Shown here piece after piece: positions 37,040 through 46,235 of a stretch of DNA of 64,000 nt. Source of the stretch: Candidatus Pacearchaeota archaeon (lineage in GTDB: Archaea > Nanobdellota > Nanobdellia > Pacearchaeales > GW2011-AR1). The notes under the pieces are model-generated. The model was not told the origin of the DNA and did not search any database. It saw only the letters and a program-made list of their open reading frames with translations. The translations under genes and the position numbers were made by a program. The stretch covers positions 105,181 to 169,180 of the forward strand of contig JAGVXI010000006.1 of NCBI GenBank assembly GCA_018303855.1. The letters are read 5' to 3'. The first letter of the stretch is position 1. Every line of letters begins with the position of its first letter.

Positions 37040-40000
37040 CTAAAACCACTTTTGCAAAGCTTCTTGTTTTTCTGCATCTTTTCCAAATACTGCGTCAATA
37101 TACCTGCTTGTTAGTTCAAGAGTTTGCTTGATATATGGAGATAAATTATATTTTTCAGCAAGTGATAACGCAGGCTCTAAATATTTTCTAATTCCTCCTT
37201 CATGAATAGTAAAGATAATTTTTCCGCTACAAACAGGGCAAACTCCGGATAAAGGCGGCCGTCTAATAATCCCATTACATGTTACACACCTAAATTGTTG
37301 CATGGAAAATTTTCTTAGATTTCCCCTCATGTCCCGTATAAAATGCCTCTCAATAATCAACCTTGCAACATCGCTTGTATCTACTGCCCTGATTTTTTCA
37401 ACAAGCTCCATCTGATGCTGAACCTTCTCTTGCATTGTTGCCAAAAGTTTGTAAGAAGAACATAAAACCCCTTCATTTAAATTGCTTGTATTATGGGTAT
37501 ATCCAAAACCAGAAAACGGATTTTTGCCTTCGCTTAGAATAGTCCTTAATGTTGGTATTTTAACTTCAGATGAATGTTTTCTTTGTTCTGCAAGCCTATA
37601 AAGTTCAAGAGGATATTCAGTAACAAACTCAAAATCAAGAATTTGTTCATCTACCTCCCCTGCAGCGATTTTCCCATTTAATACTAATGGTGCATCTTGT
37701 GTCCCACCCCTATGCCCTGGTAGAAATTCCTTAGAAAAATTAAGCAATACGTCTAAAAGCAACATAACTGCAGCTTCATCACCATCACAATCACGCCTGA
37801 TTGCTGCATGCATGTACGGACTAGCTAATAAACCTTGTGTATTTGAGAATCCTATTATTCGACAAATAACCCCTGCACAATTATGCGGAGCCATGCATAC
37901 TCCTAATTTGCCTATTAAATCTTCCCTTTTTCTAACTTCATAATATGCTTTCATTCCATAAAATCTAACGAGCAAAGAATCAACAAAATTTGCAATTTTT
38001 ATAAAAATATCATCTGCTCTTTCATCAAATGACGCAGGTGAAGCTGGCAAAATAACATCATGAGGCATAAGTTCTAAAACCTGTTCTTCACTTACAAGAT
38101 CTTGATTATGAATATCTTTTTGATAACCCAACCCCTTTAATTTTTCCACACTTGTAAATATCTCTTTTGGTTTAAAATGCGTCAAAGGCATTTCAGTGGC
38201 ATCATACCTTATTGTTCCATCTTTATTTACTTGCAAACCAAACAACGCTCTTAAAATCCCTTTAGCAAGATTTTCTATTGCATGAGCATTAGAGCTGGTT
38301 CCCCGGACTCCTTTTATTAATGGTGGTAATTCTTCTTTTGTCATCTTGAGCATTTCAATTGCTTTGTGCAAATAATAGCCGATATCTAAATTTTGGATGC
38401 AATATCCCTGCCCCTTCGCATGTTCTGGACAACTTTTTTTGAAAAACTTATTTTTGCATTCCGGGCAATAATACATTTTTTCACATGCACTGCCGCATCC
38501 CTCACAAATAAAATAAATCGTTTCCTTCTTGCAGGTTTTGCAAAAATAAATTGGGTAGCTGGATTTAATCTTTCCTTCTTCACACGATGCCTGCACACTT
38601 CTTAATCTCCCCCCTTCCTGTCCAACAGGAAATAGAACATTTGGACTTCCTACCAATTTTCTAATTTTTGCTTTTTCTGGCCTGCCCATTCTTGCACCGA
38701 TAAAATCACCTGCTTTATCTTTAATTTCAAATTTTGAAATAGAATTAATAATTTCAAGCACAGGTTTATCAAAATTTATTCTGCTTACATCGATTACTTC
38801 TGTAAGTAAGAAATTTTCTTTCTCTAAAATACTAATGTCAACTCCAATATTTGCAAGCAGTGATTTACTATCAATATTAGAAATAACAACATTTTCAATA
38901 GTTACATCATGGGCTATTCCAATAAGTTCCAACGCGCGTTTCCCAAAGCTAAATCTCTCTTTCTCCAATTTAGTATATGGAAGAATTATCTTTTTACTTA
39001 CGTTCGCATGCTTTAACCATTCAAACAATGCTAAAAATTCTTTATGTGAGATTTGTGACCAATAGTATGTAAATTTAGGGTGCAAAGGGATTTGATAAGT
39101 TTCACTTAATTCTGCTGCTTTTTCGAAATTAATTTTAAAACAATCTACCTCTTTTTCAGTTACAGGACATTTCTCTCTTAAATCCAGCTCCCACCACTCT
39201 TCAACATATCCTGGTTTTAAAAGTTCATGATTTCTATTCAACACATCTCCAAAAGGGAAAAGTATATCTCCCAAGTAAATGATCTCTTCAATATCACGGT
39301 AAATTTTTTTAGCTTCTTCAATACTCTCAATTTTTTTAACGCTTCCATTATACAATTTAACAATTGGACCATCAATATCATCACAAACAGAAACAACACA
39401 ACCTTTTGTTGGTTTTTCAAGCTTTAATTGTGTTCCAATAGCTATAAACCCATCGGTAATTGCCATTGTTGCAGGATGAACTGAAACAGCAGAAAATCCA
39501 TTTGTCCTGCTTCGTCCATACCTAAACCTAAAAGCCCCGGAACGTGAAGGATGACCAAAAATAGGCCTGCCTGCAACTAAATCTTTAACATAAGTTGGAG
39601 AATCATCTGTTTTTCCTGCATCTCTCTTTTTATGCAGAGTTATATACTCTTCTAAAAAACCCCAATCACTAATCTTAAATCCTTTTTCCTGCAATGATTT
39701 TAGTAATCTATACCCTTTTGCTGCTTTTTGAGCTAAACCCTCGCCAAGAATTAAGCAAAAACCGCTTCTCAGGTAATTTGTATCAACTCTTTCTAAATTT
39801 TTATAATTAGATACCTCTAATTTTTCAGAAGCTTCACCAGCCAATTGAATTGGCAGGTTTTTAACTAAAAAAGAGATTTCTTCGTCAGTTGGCATATACT
39901 GCAGATTAGATATCCTCTCGTGAAAATCATTCAACTCTGAAACTGCTCTTTTACACTCCTCTTCAATAGGATCGTATTTTGCATAACCAAACATTTCTCT

Positions 40001-40504
40001 TAAGTAATCAATAAGTATTAAAACAAGACAACCAGCTGTCGTACCTGCGCTCCTTATTGGACCAGAAAAATAAGCAACAAAATAATCTTTGTCATCCCTG
40101 GTCTTCCTTAATTTTAATTCTGTAAAACCTTCCAATGGACTTGATACAACCCCGAGAGTAAGATATGCAAAGCCTATTCTGATTCCTGCGTCAATTGCTT
40201 CTAATAAAGATTTAAATTTGCAATATTTTTGTTTAGCTACTTCTTCTGCAATTTTAAATGCCACTGCAGGATCTAATTTTCCATGTTCTTTTTCAAGTTC
40301 TGAAATTCTTTTAACAATTTTAGCATCATAAATTTGCGGGTATATTGTAGAAATCAAACCGACAACTTTTTCAGCTAAGCTTCTCGCTAAAGGAATTTCT
40401 ACTTTATCTTTAGGATCCAACCCCTTTTTTCTGGCACTTTCTGCAATATCATAAACAATTTTAATTTTGTCTTCCAAATCTTTAAAATATTGTTGATTGT
40501 TCAT
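37040..40504 (-). CDS. polC: DNA polymerase D (PolD/Pol II) large subunit DP2
   Basis: 1154 aa. Conserved N-terminus YFKDLEDKI...ARKKGLDP, Cys-cluster zinc modules (CKTCKKET...CEGCG, CPECKNK) and C-terminal CVTCNG...CPVCSG. No intein-sized insertion. Confidence 0.95.
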   Translation of the reverse strand: MNNQQYFKDLEDKIKIVYDIAESARKKGLDPKDKVEIPLARSLAEKVVGLISTIYPQIYDAKIVKRISELEKEHGKLDPAVAFKIAEEVAKQKYCKFKSLLEAIDAGIRIGFAYLTLGVVSSPLEGFTELKLRKTRDDKDYFVAYFSGPIRSAGTTAGCLVLILIDYLREMFGYAKYDPIEEECKRAVSELNDFHERISNLQYMPTDEEISFLVKNLPIQLAGEASEKLEVSNYKNLERVDTNYLRSGFCLILGEGLAQKAAKGYRLLKSLQEKGFKISDWGFLEEYITLHKKRDAGKTDDSPTYVKDLVAGRPIFGHPSRSGAFRFRYGRSRTNGFSAVSVHPATMAITDGFIAIGTQLKLEKPTKGCVVSVCDDIDGPIVKLYNGSVKKIESIEEAKKIYRDIEEIIYLGDILFPFGDVLNRNHELLKPGYVEEWWELDLREKCPVTEKEVDCFKINFEKAAELSETYQIPLHPKFTYYWSQISHKEFLALFEWLKHANVSKKIILPYTKLEKERFSFGKRALELIGIAHDVTIENVVISNIDSKSLLANIGVDISILEKENFLLTEVIDVSRINFDKPVLEIINSISKFEIKDKAGDFIGARMGRPEKAKIRKLVGSPNVLFPVGQEGGRLRSVQASCEEGKIKSSYPIYFCKTCKKETIYFICEGCGSACEKMYYCPECKNKFFKKSCPEHAKGQGYCIQNLDIGYYLHKAIEMLKMTKEELPPLIKGVRGTSSNAHAIENLAKGILRALFGLQVNKDGTIRYDATEMPLTHFKPKEIFTSVEKLKGLGYQKDIHNQDLVSEEQVLELMPHDVILPASPASFDERADDIFIKIANFVDSLLVRFYGMKAYYEVRKREDLIGKLGVCMAPHNCAGVICRIIGFSNTQGLLASPYMHAAIRRDCDGDEAAVMLLLDVLLNFSKEFLPGHRGGTQDAPLVLNGKIAAGEVDEQILDFEFVTEYPLELYRLAEQRKHSSEVKIPTLRTILSEGKNPFSGFGYTHNTSNLNEGVLCSSYKLLATMQEKVQHQMELVEKIRAVDTSDVARLIIERHFIRDMRGNLRKFSMQQFRCVTCNGIIRRPPLSGVCPVCSGKIIFTIHEGGIRKYLEPALSLAEKYNLSPYIKQTLELTSRYIDAVFGKDAEKQEALQKWF

Positions 40505-40506
40505 TT

Positions 40507-41172
40507 TTAGATTTTTGATTGTAATAAAAATGGTTTTAATTCATTAAAATCATAAATAGTATATTTAGCTGCTTCTTCAACACTTTTGTGTTTAGGGTTG
40601 AATGCAATTGGTAATCCGACAACTTCAAAGACAGGAACATCATTTAAGTTATCCCCAACAAAACAAATCTCTTCCAAAAAGATTTCAAATGTTTTTGCGA
40701 TTTTTTTAACAATCTCTCTTTTATTAGATAAGTCAATTAAAATTTTTCCTTTTCCTGTAAAACTGCTATTTGATGTTTCTATGTGATTTGAATAGCAAAA
40801 GTCTAAACCCAGCTCTTGAGAAGCTTTTTCTGCAACAAAATCAATACCGCTTGTAACAAGTCCTTTCAAATATCTTCCATCTAATGAAGAAAAAAAGTTT
40901 TCAACACCTTTTGAATAAGGGATAGGAAAAACAACTTTCTCTGCCTCTGAAACCGGCAACCCTTTGATTAGTGAAAGCTGTGCATTAAACCATTCATCAT
41001 AGTTTATTTCATTATATCTCTTTTGTGTATACTTATCCCTTACAGCAAACCAATTAGCTCGCTTTATTTGAGGTAGAGCCATTGCTAATGCATCCCAGCT
41101 AGACCTAAATGGTTCATTGTCATAATCCCAGCAAGTTCCATCTCCATCAACCATAAACGCTTTTATCTCCAT
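40507..41172 (-). CDS. HAD-superfamily phosphatase (SerB-like subfamily IB)
   Basis: Motif I FMVDGDGT, motif II VTSG, motif IV VGDNLNDVP. Packed between the DP1 and DP2 genes with 0-2 nt gaps. Confidence 0.75.
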   Translation of the reverse strand: MEIKAFMVDGDGTCWDYDNEPFRSSWDALAMALPQIKRANWFAVRDKYTQKRYNEINYDEWFNAQLSLIKGLPVSEAEKVVFPIPYSKGVENFFSSLDGRYLKGLVTSGIDFVAEKASQELGLDFCYSNHIETSNSSFTGKGKILIDLSNKREIVKKIAKTFEIFLEEICFVGDNLNDVPVFEVVGLPIAFNPKHKSVEEAAKYTIYDFNELKPFLLQSKI

Positions 41173-42738
41173 TTATTCAAAATCTAAAATTTTAATTGCA
41201 CGAGTTTTAAGATTGAATATTGGCACCTTGCAATGATCTGGTGTGTTTCCAAATTTTTCTTGATAAGCTGTCATACTCTCCCAACAAGAACCTGATATAG
41301 TAAGAATATTATTAAAGTACGAAACAGCACTTTTATGAACATGCCCGGAAAAGAAAATGTCTGGAATTTTTTTAACGATGTGAACATCCTCGGTAGTAGG
41401 AGAGTATTGCACAGATGAATGCGTTGGAGCTAAATGCCTGTTTTTTAAAAGATAAGCAATAATTTTTTCAGGATTGTTCATTGCTTTTTCTTGCATCAAG
41501 GATCCAATATTGTTAGCGTAATAAGTATATGAAAAACCATGATAAGTGAGTACATCAAACCCTGGAAAATTTTTTTGGGCTCCAATATTTACCATTGCTG
41601 GATTTGCTGTAAGAATAACATTCTTCAAATTATAAAGTGGCCAGGCATATTTTTCATCTAGGAAAGGTTGGGGTTCCATGAGCCTCACTCCATCATGATT
41701 TCCCGGAGAAATTATTATTTTGATGTTTTGTCTTATCTTGCCCAATAATTCAGCTGCTTTTTCAAATTGTGATTCAAGATCAGTAAAAGCCAAATCTTTT
41801 TCTTGAGCGGGGTAATTTCCAACACCTGTAATAATATCACCTACCAAAAAAAGATATTTTATTTTATTAGTTTCTTGTGTATTCGGTAATTTTCCATTAA
41901 GGTAATCGATAAACCTCAAAAAATTTTCTTCTAAAAATTTTTTGCTTCCAATATGTAAATCTCCTGTAAACAATGCTAATTCTTCAACAGGGGATTTTTT
42001 TCTTTCGAAAAGTATTGCTTCTGGAAAGATAATATCATTTATGTATACAATCTCTCTATTTCCAGAACATTTTAATCCAACAACAGCATCAAGAGCAAGC
42101 TCATCTGCTTTATTATAAAGCTCTTGCTTATTCTTATTAACTAAAGCTAAAACTTTACCTGTCATATCTTCTATTTCAAAAAGAATATTGCCGTTTTTGG
42201 TTACCCTCTTATTCAGTACAATACCAATCAAAGAAATTCCCTGCCTATTACCATAAATCTTGTCTATAGAGACTAAATTTGAAAGTTGGTTTCGTTCTTG
42301 CAAAATTTTTTTCATTTCAGTAAAACGATTTCTAAAATAATTAACAAAATCTTTAACTTCTATTTTCCTGCCTAAATAATTAGGAACAGCAGAAACAATC
42401 TTCACATTTTCAAATTGTTGAACATCTTTCTGCGTTTCTTGCTGAATAGGAATTGCAACTTCTTTAGAGATTTCAATACTTAATCCAAGCTGAATTTTCA
42501 AACTTTCAATTAATTTATGATTATCCTTTGGTAAATCCAAAAGGATTCTGCTTAACTGGTCTTTATTTTCATAAAATATTTTTTTAGTGATAATTTTTTT
42601 TTGAGTTTGTTGTCCAATATCCTCTATAAGCCTTTTCGAAGTTTCCACATCATTAGATTCAGAAAAGAGAGCTAAAATGTCTTTATCTAACAAAAAACCT
42701 TTTTCTAAACAAAATTTCAATATTTCTTTAGTTTCCAT
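41173..42738 (-). CDS. polB: DNA polymerase D small subunit DP1 (3'-5' exonuclease, calcineurin-like PDE fold)
   Basis: OB-fold region followed by phosphoesterase motifs GDLHIGS, GDII, GNHD and GHVH. Confidence 0.9.
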   Translation of the reverse strand: METKEILKFCLEKGFLLDKDILALFSESNDVETSKRLIEDIGQQTQKKIITKKIFYENKDQLSRILLDLPKDNHKLIESLKIQLGLSIEISKEVAIPIQQETQKDVQQFENVKIVSAVPNYLGRKIEVKDFVNYFRNRFTEMKKILQERNQLSNLVSIDKIYGNRQGISLIGIVLNKRVTKNGNILFEIEDMTGKVLALVNKNKQELYNKADELALDAVVGLKCSGNREIVYINDIIFPEAILFERKKSPVEELALFTGDLHIGSKKFLEENFLRFIDYLNGKLPNTQETNKIKYLFLVGDIITGVGNYPAQEKDLAFTDLESQFEKAAELLGKIRQNIKIIISPGNHDGVRLMEPQPFLDEKYAWPLYNLKNVILTANPAMVNIGAQKNFPGFDVLTYHGFSYTYYANNIGSLMQEKAMNNPEKIIAYLLKNRHLAPTHSSVQYSPTTEDVHIVKKIPDIFFSGHVHKSAVSYFNNILTISGSCWESMTAYQEKFGNTPDHCKVPIFNLKTRAIKILDFE

Positions 42739-42826
42739 TTTTATCTATTTTTCTTTTATTTATTTTTCTTCTATAAAATGGGGGCTTAAAAATTTTCCTT
42801 AATTTTTCTTGTTTCCATTTCAAATT

Positions 42827-44044
42827 TTAATTATAATTTAATGAGTCGTGAATGATCTCCTTAACTTTCTCAGCAATTTTATTGCTTACTACTAATTTAA
42901 TCTCTCTCATTCTACCACCCCTTCCCTTAGAGATAACTCTTACATTAATTATTCCAAGCATATCAAACTCTTGAATAATATCACTAACCCTCCTTTGTGT
43001 TAAAATCTCTGTTTTATGCTTCTTGCAGAGCTCTTGGTATAGATTATACACATCTCCTGTAAAAACGGGTTCTTTTTTATCTTTTTGAAGTTCAGATAAT
43101 TCAACAATAGCCAGCAAAACTAATTGAAACTGCTTTGGTTCTGTTTTTACAACATCTAAAATTTTATCTCTTTCTATTTTTTCATTGGCTTCATCAATGT
43201 ATTTTACATGAATTTTATTTGAATTATCCCTCTCTGCTAATTCACCAGCTATCCTAAGCAAATCTAAGGCTCTTCTTGCATCACCATGTTCACGTGCAGC
43301 AAAAGCAGCACATTTTTCAATTACGCCATCTTGAAGAACGCCTGATTTAAAGGCAAACATTGCTCTTTTCTTTAAAATTTCCTGTAATTGCAAGGCATTG
43401 TAAGGTGGAAAAACAAGCTCTTCTTCTGATAAAGAACTCTTAATTCGTGGATCCAAGCTATCTAAAAAAGTTAGATCATTGCTTATTCCAATTACACCTA
43501 TCTGGCTCTTAGAAAGTTCTGAGTTCAGCCTTGTAAGATTATAAAGGAAATTATCAGAAATCTTTTTAACTGCCTGATCAATTTCATCAAAAATTAAGAT
43601 CAAAATCAGTTTTTCCTTATCAATTATCTCAATAAACTTATTATAAACCGCAACAGTTGGCAAACCAGTATCAGGCACGCTTCCCCCGAGTTTTTTGATT
43701 AATTCAGCTAAAATTCTATACTCTGTATCTGAAACCTTTCTTAATTTGCAGTTAATATACTCTATTCGAAGATTAAAATCAGGGTTTTTTCTCGCTCTCT
43801 TTAATAATTCATCTCTTACAAACTGAATAGAGAGCGTTTTACCTGTGCCAGTTTTGCCATAAAGAAATAAGTTACTTGTTCGCTCTCCTCTTAAAACAGG
43901 AGCTAATATTGCTGCAATTTGCTTTATTTGCTCTTCTCTATGTGGAATAGCAGTGGGTTTATGCTCTGCTTGTAAAAGAAATTTATCCTTAAAGATTGCT
44001 TTTTTATCAAAAGAATCAAAAATTTCGTCCAGCTCTTTTCCCAT
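42827..44044 (-). CDS. cdc6: Orc1/Cdc6 replication initiator
   Basis: HREEQI..., Walker A YGKTGTGKT, Walker B IFDEID, sensor GISND, DARRALDLL, C-terminal winged helix. Confidence 0.92.
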   Translation of the reverse strand: MGKELDEIFDSFDKKAIFKDKFLLQAEHKPTAIPHREEQIKQIAAILAPVLRGERTSNLFLYGKTGTGKTLSIQFVRDELLKRARKNPDFNLRIEYINCKLRKVSDTEYRILAELIKKLGGSVPDTGLPTVAVYNKFIEIIDKEKLILILIFDEIDQAVKKISDNFLYNLTRLNSELSKSQIGVIGISNDLTFLDSLDPRIKSSLSEEELVFPPYNALQLQEILKKRAMFAFKSGVLQDGVIEKCAAFAAREHGDARRALDLLRIAGELAERDNSNKIHVKYIDEANEKIERDKILDVVKTEPKQFQLVLLAIVELSELQKDKKEPVFTGDVYNLYQELCKKHKTEILTQRRVSDIIQEFDMLGIINVRVISKGRGGRMREIKLVVSNKIAEKVKEIIHDSLNYN

Positions 44045-44201
44045 CTTTCTTAAAATTATGTTGTTTATTTAAGCATTTAGCAATTCAAAAATGTATAATC
44101 CTACTCACCTTAATTTCTTGTGGAAAAAAATGAAAAGTAAAAACTTCATCGTGAAAAATCAATTTGTTTTATAAAAGATTATAACTACTTAAAAAAGAAA
44201 A

Positions 44202-44230
44202 CACCTAAATTTCTCATGGAAATTTAGGTG
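44202..44230. repeat. Perfect palindrome, 12-bp arms and 5-nt spacer (ORB-like dyad)
   Basis: CACCTAAATTTC-tcatg-GAAATTTAGGTG. Confidence 0.9.
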
Positions 44231-44576
44231 AACCTCTCCGTATCAAGCTACGAAGCATCTAAAAATAACATACTTATATTCTACAAACAAGACTGGATTT
44301 TATCTTGAAAAATTCATGATACAGCTAAGATAGTTAATCTTGCATAACTAAACTAACAATCTTGGCTTTTTCAGACTTGCCAAAGTTTTCACCTTACAAC
44401 AAGCTGTAGAGAATAGAGGAATTAATTAAAGTTAAGTTAAATCATGTATTTATACATTCTACATCAAAAGTTACTTTATGTTTTTATATATTCTATATTA
44501 AAAGTTAGAAATTAATCTTCCTCTTTAATTAATAAATAATTTTGCATTATTTTCTATTTTTTATTTTATTATACTT

Positions 44577-44604
44577 TATACTATACTATATACTATACTA
44601 TATA
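44577..44604. repeat. TATAC-type short tandem repeat in the A/T core
   Basis: TATAC TATAC TATA TAC TATAC TATATA. Confidence 0.9.
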
Positions 44605-44780
44605 AAAATTTATAATATAAATAAATAGAATAAATTTTAGAGTTTTGCTTTTTAAAGGTTTCCATACGAAATTGAGGGGTGAGAGTCTTTCATTCCCCTA
44701 AGTTCCGCCGAAAAACATATAATTTTAAATCTACTTAAATTTATAGAAATGTTTATAAATTGCTTGTGTGTAAATGAAAT

Positions 44781-45041
44781 ATGTCAAGTGAAAAGAATCC
44801 TTTTAGTGCACTTTTAGGAAAAATGATTGTAACAAAAGAAGGTAAACGATTGGGTTTTGCTAAAGATATCACTTTTGAAACTAAATCAGGAGAGCTCATT
44901 AATATTCTTGTTAAAGATGCTACTCCTTATACAAGAAACCTTAACCTTGAACGAACAAAATCAGAGGATTTATTAATTCCCCATAGCGCAATTATTGCCA
45001 TAGGGGACTTTATTATTGTTTCTGAAGAAGATTTAATTTAA
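44781..45041 (+). CDS. PRC-barrel domain protein
   Basis: 86 aa. LLGKMIVTKEGKRLGFAKDITFETKSGELINILV matches the PRC-barrel pattern. Confidence 0.6.
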   Translation: MSSEKNPFSALLGKMIVTKEGKRLGFAKDITFETKSGELINILVKDATPYTRNLNLERTKSEDLLIPHSAIIAIGDFIIVSEEDLI

Positions 45042-45061
45042 TCTGTTGGATAAGATATAAA

Positions 45062-45345
45062 ATGAGATATATCTTTCAAAGTAACTCCCAAAGGACATCC
45101 TATTACATTTTACAAGCTTTAGCTCATAAAAAACTAGTGAGTGTTAGACAATTGAGGTATTATCTTAGAAAAAATTAGATACTTTTTATTATGGGCCTTC
45201 TGGTAATTTGGATGACATTTTAGAATCTAAGATAGCTTTAGGGGAAATTAGATTAATTGATAATTCTTCAAAAAACCGCCAAAAGTTAACTTTAACTAAA
45301 AGTGGAAGAGCATCACTACCAAATCTTGTTCTTAGTACTTGTTAA
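45062..45345 (+). pseudogene. wHTH protein gene interrupted by a frameshift at an A6 run
   Basis: Frame A: MRYIFQSNSQRTSYYILQALAHKKLVSVRQLRYYLRKN* (45062..45178). The -1 frame continues KKLDTFYYGPSGNLDDILESKIALGEIRLIDNSSKNRQKLTLTKSGRASL...* (to 45345). One extra A in the run at 45169..45174 would fuse them into a PadR/MarR-like wHTH of about 94 aa. Confidence 0.4.
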
Positions 45346-45430
45346 GTTATACTCATAATAACTAATAAAGCTGTTTCTATTTTTCGTCTACCACAATATT
45401 TAAAAACAACCCCCTAATTTAGATTATAAA

Positions 45431-45844
45431 ATGAAACTAATAGGCTTAAGCTTTGACAAAATATCTGCTGAAAAAATAGGTGAAAAATTAGAAGGCGTTA
45501 AAGTTGATTCAAATATAGAAATAATTGACATAAAAAAGGCTGATTTTGACATTTTAAAAGACAAAGAAGAAATGCTTGATATTAAATTTCGGCAAACTAT
45601 CCAATATAATCCTGATTATGCTAAGCTTGAATTTAAGGGCATAATGCTTGTTTCTTTAGATTATAAAGAAGCAAAAGAATTATTAAAAAACTGGCAAAAA
45701 AATAAGAAAGTGCCTGATGAATTTCAATTAACTTTTCTTAATATCATTATTCATAAGTCTGCTCCAAAAGCAATGCAACTTGAAGAGGATTTAGGAATTC
45801 CTTTTCATATTCCTTTACCAAGAATTGCCAGAAAAACAGATTGA
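45431..45844 (+). CDS. Hypothetical 137-aa protein
   Basis: ORF with a normal composition. The C-terminal part (FLNIIIHKSAPKAMQLEEDLGIPFHIPLPRI) faintly recalls SecB-type chaperones. Not callable. Confidence 0.5.
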   Translation: MKLIGLSFDKISAEKIGEKLEGVKVDSNIEIIDIKKADFDILKDKEEMLDIKFRQTIQYNPDYAKLEFKGIMLVSLDYKEAKELLKNWQKNKKVPDEFQLTFLNIIIHKSAPKAMQLEEDLGIPFHIPLPRIARKTD

Positions 45845-45908
45845 TTCTTAACTAGTTCTTCAGTTTTGTTAATGCTAAGGTTTAAAAAAATTGAATCTAT
45901 CTTTTATT

Positions 45909-46175
45909 ATGGAAATATCTGCTCAAAAAAAAGAGAAGATTCTTGAACAGATTCTCGCTTTTTTATACTCAAATGCTCCACGGGCTTTTTTTACATCTCA
46001 AATTGCTCAGGAAATAGCAAGGGATGAGGAATTTGTAAAGAGACTGTTGCAAGATCTTAATAAAAAAGGACTTATTCTTGAAGTCAAAAAAAATGCAAAA
46101 GGGCAACCTTATCTCAGGAGGCAACGCTGGAGAATAAGTGATAGGGCATATGCAGCTTATCAGGAACACCAATAA
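45909..46175 (+). CDS. Small winged-helix DNA-binding protein
   Basis: KILEQILAFLYSNAPRAFFTSQIAQEIARDEEFVKRLLQDLNKKGLILEVKK...: helix-turn-helix plus wing. ATG at 45909. The track uses TTG at 45891. Confidence 0.6.
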   Translation: MEISAQKKEKILEQILAFLYSNAPRAFFTSQIAQEIARDEEFVKRLLQDLNKKGLILEVKKNAKGQPYLRRQRWRISDRAYAAYQEHQ

Positions 46176-46235
46176 TTTGTGGAGTAATCTGTGTATTACA
46201 TGAAAGTATTTATACAGGAAGTTTTTTAATTTAAA

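Larger units (their letters stand above)
44045..44780. other. Candidate chromosomal replication origin (oriC)
   Basis: Largest non-coding gap in the window, directly upstream of cdc6-DP1-DP2. Dyad element, related half-site, and a nearly pure A/T core with TATAC repeats. See findings. Confidence 0.6.

Noticed and set aside
38386-38605. Short ORFs inside the PolD DP2 gene. I also checked DP2 for an intein
   Set aside because: The ORFs are embedded in, or antisense to, a continuous 1154-aa DP2 reading frame. The DP2 length is normal and shows no intein-like block or homing-endonuclease motifs.
44440-44640. Repeat-rich A/T block, considered as a CRISPR array or minisatellite
   Set aside because: The units are only about 5 nt (TATAC) with no repeat-spacer periodicity, and no cas genes lie nearby. 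It is better explained as the unwinding element of the candidate origin.
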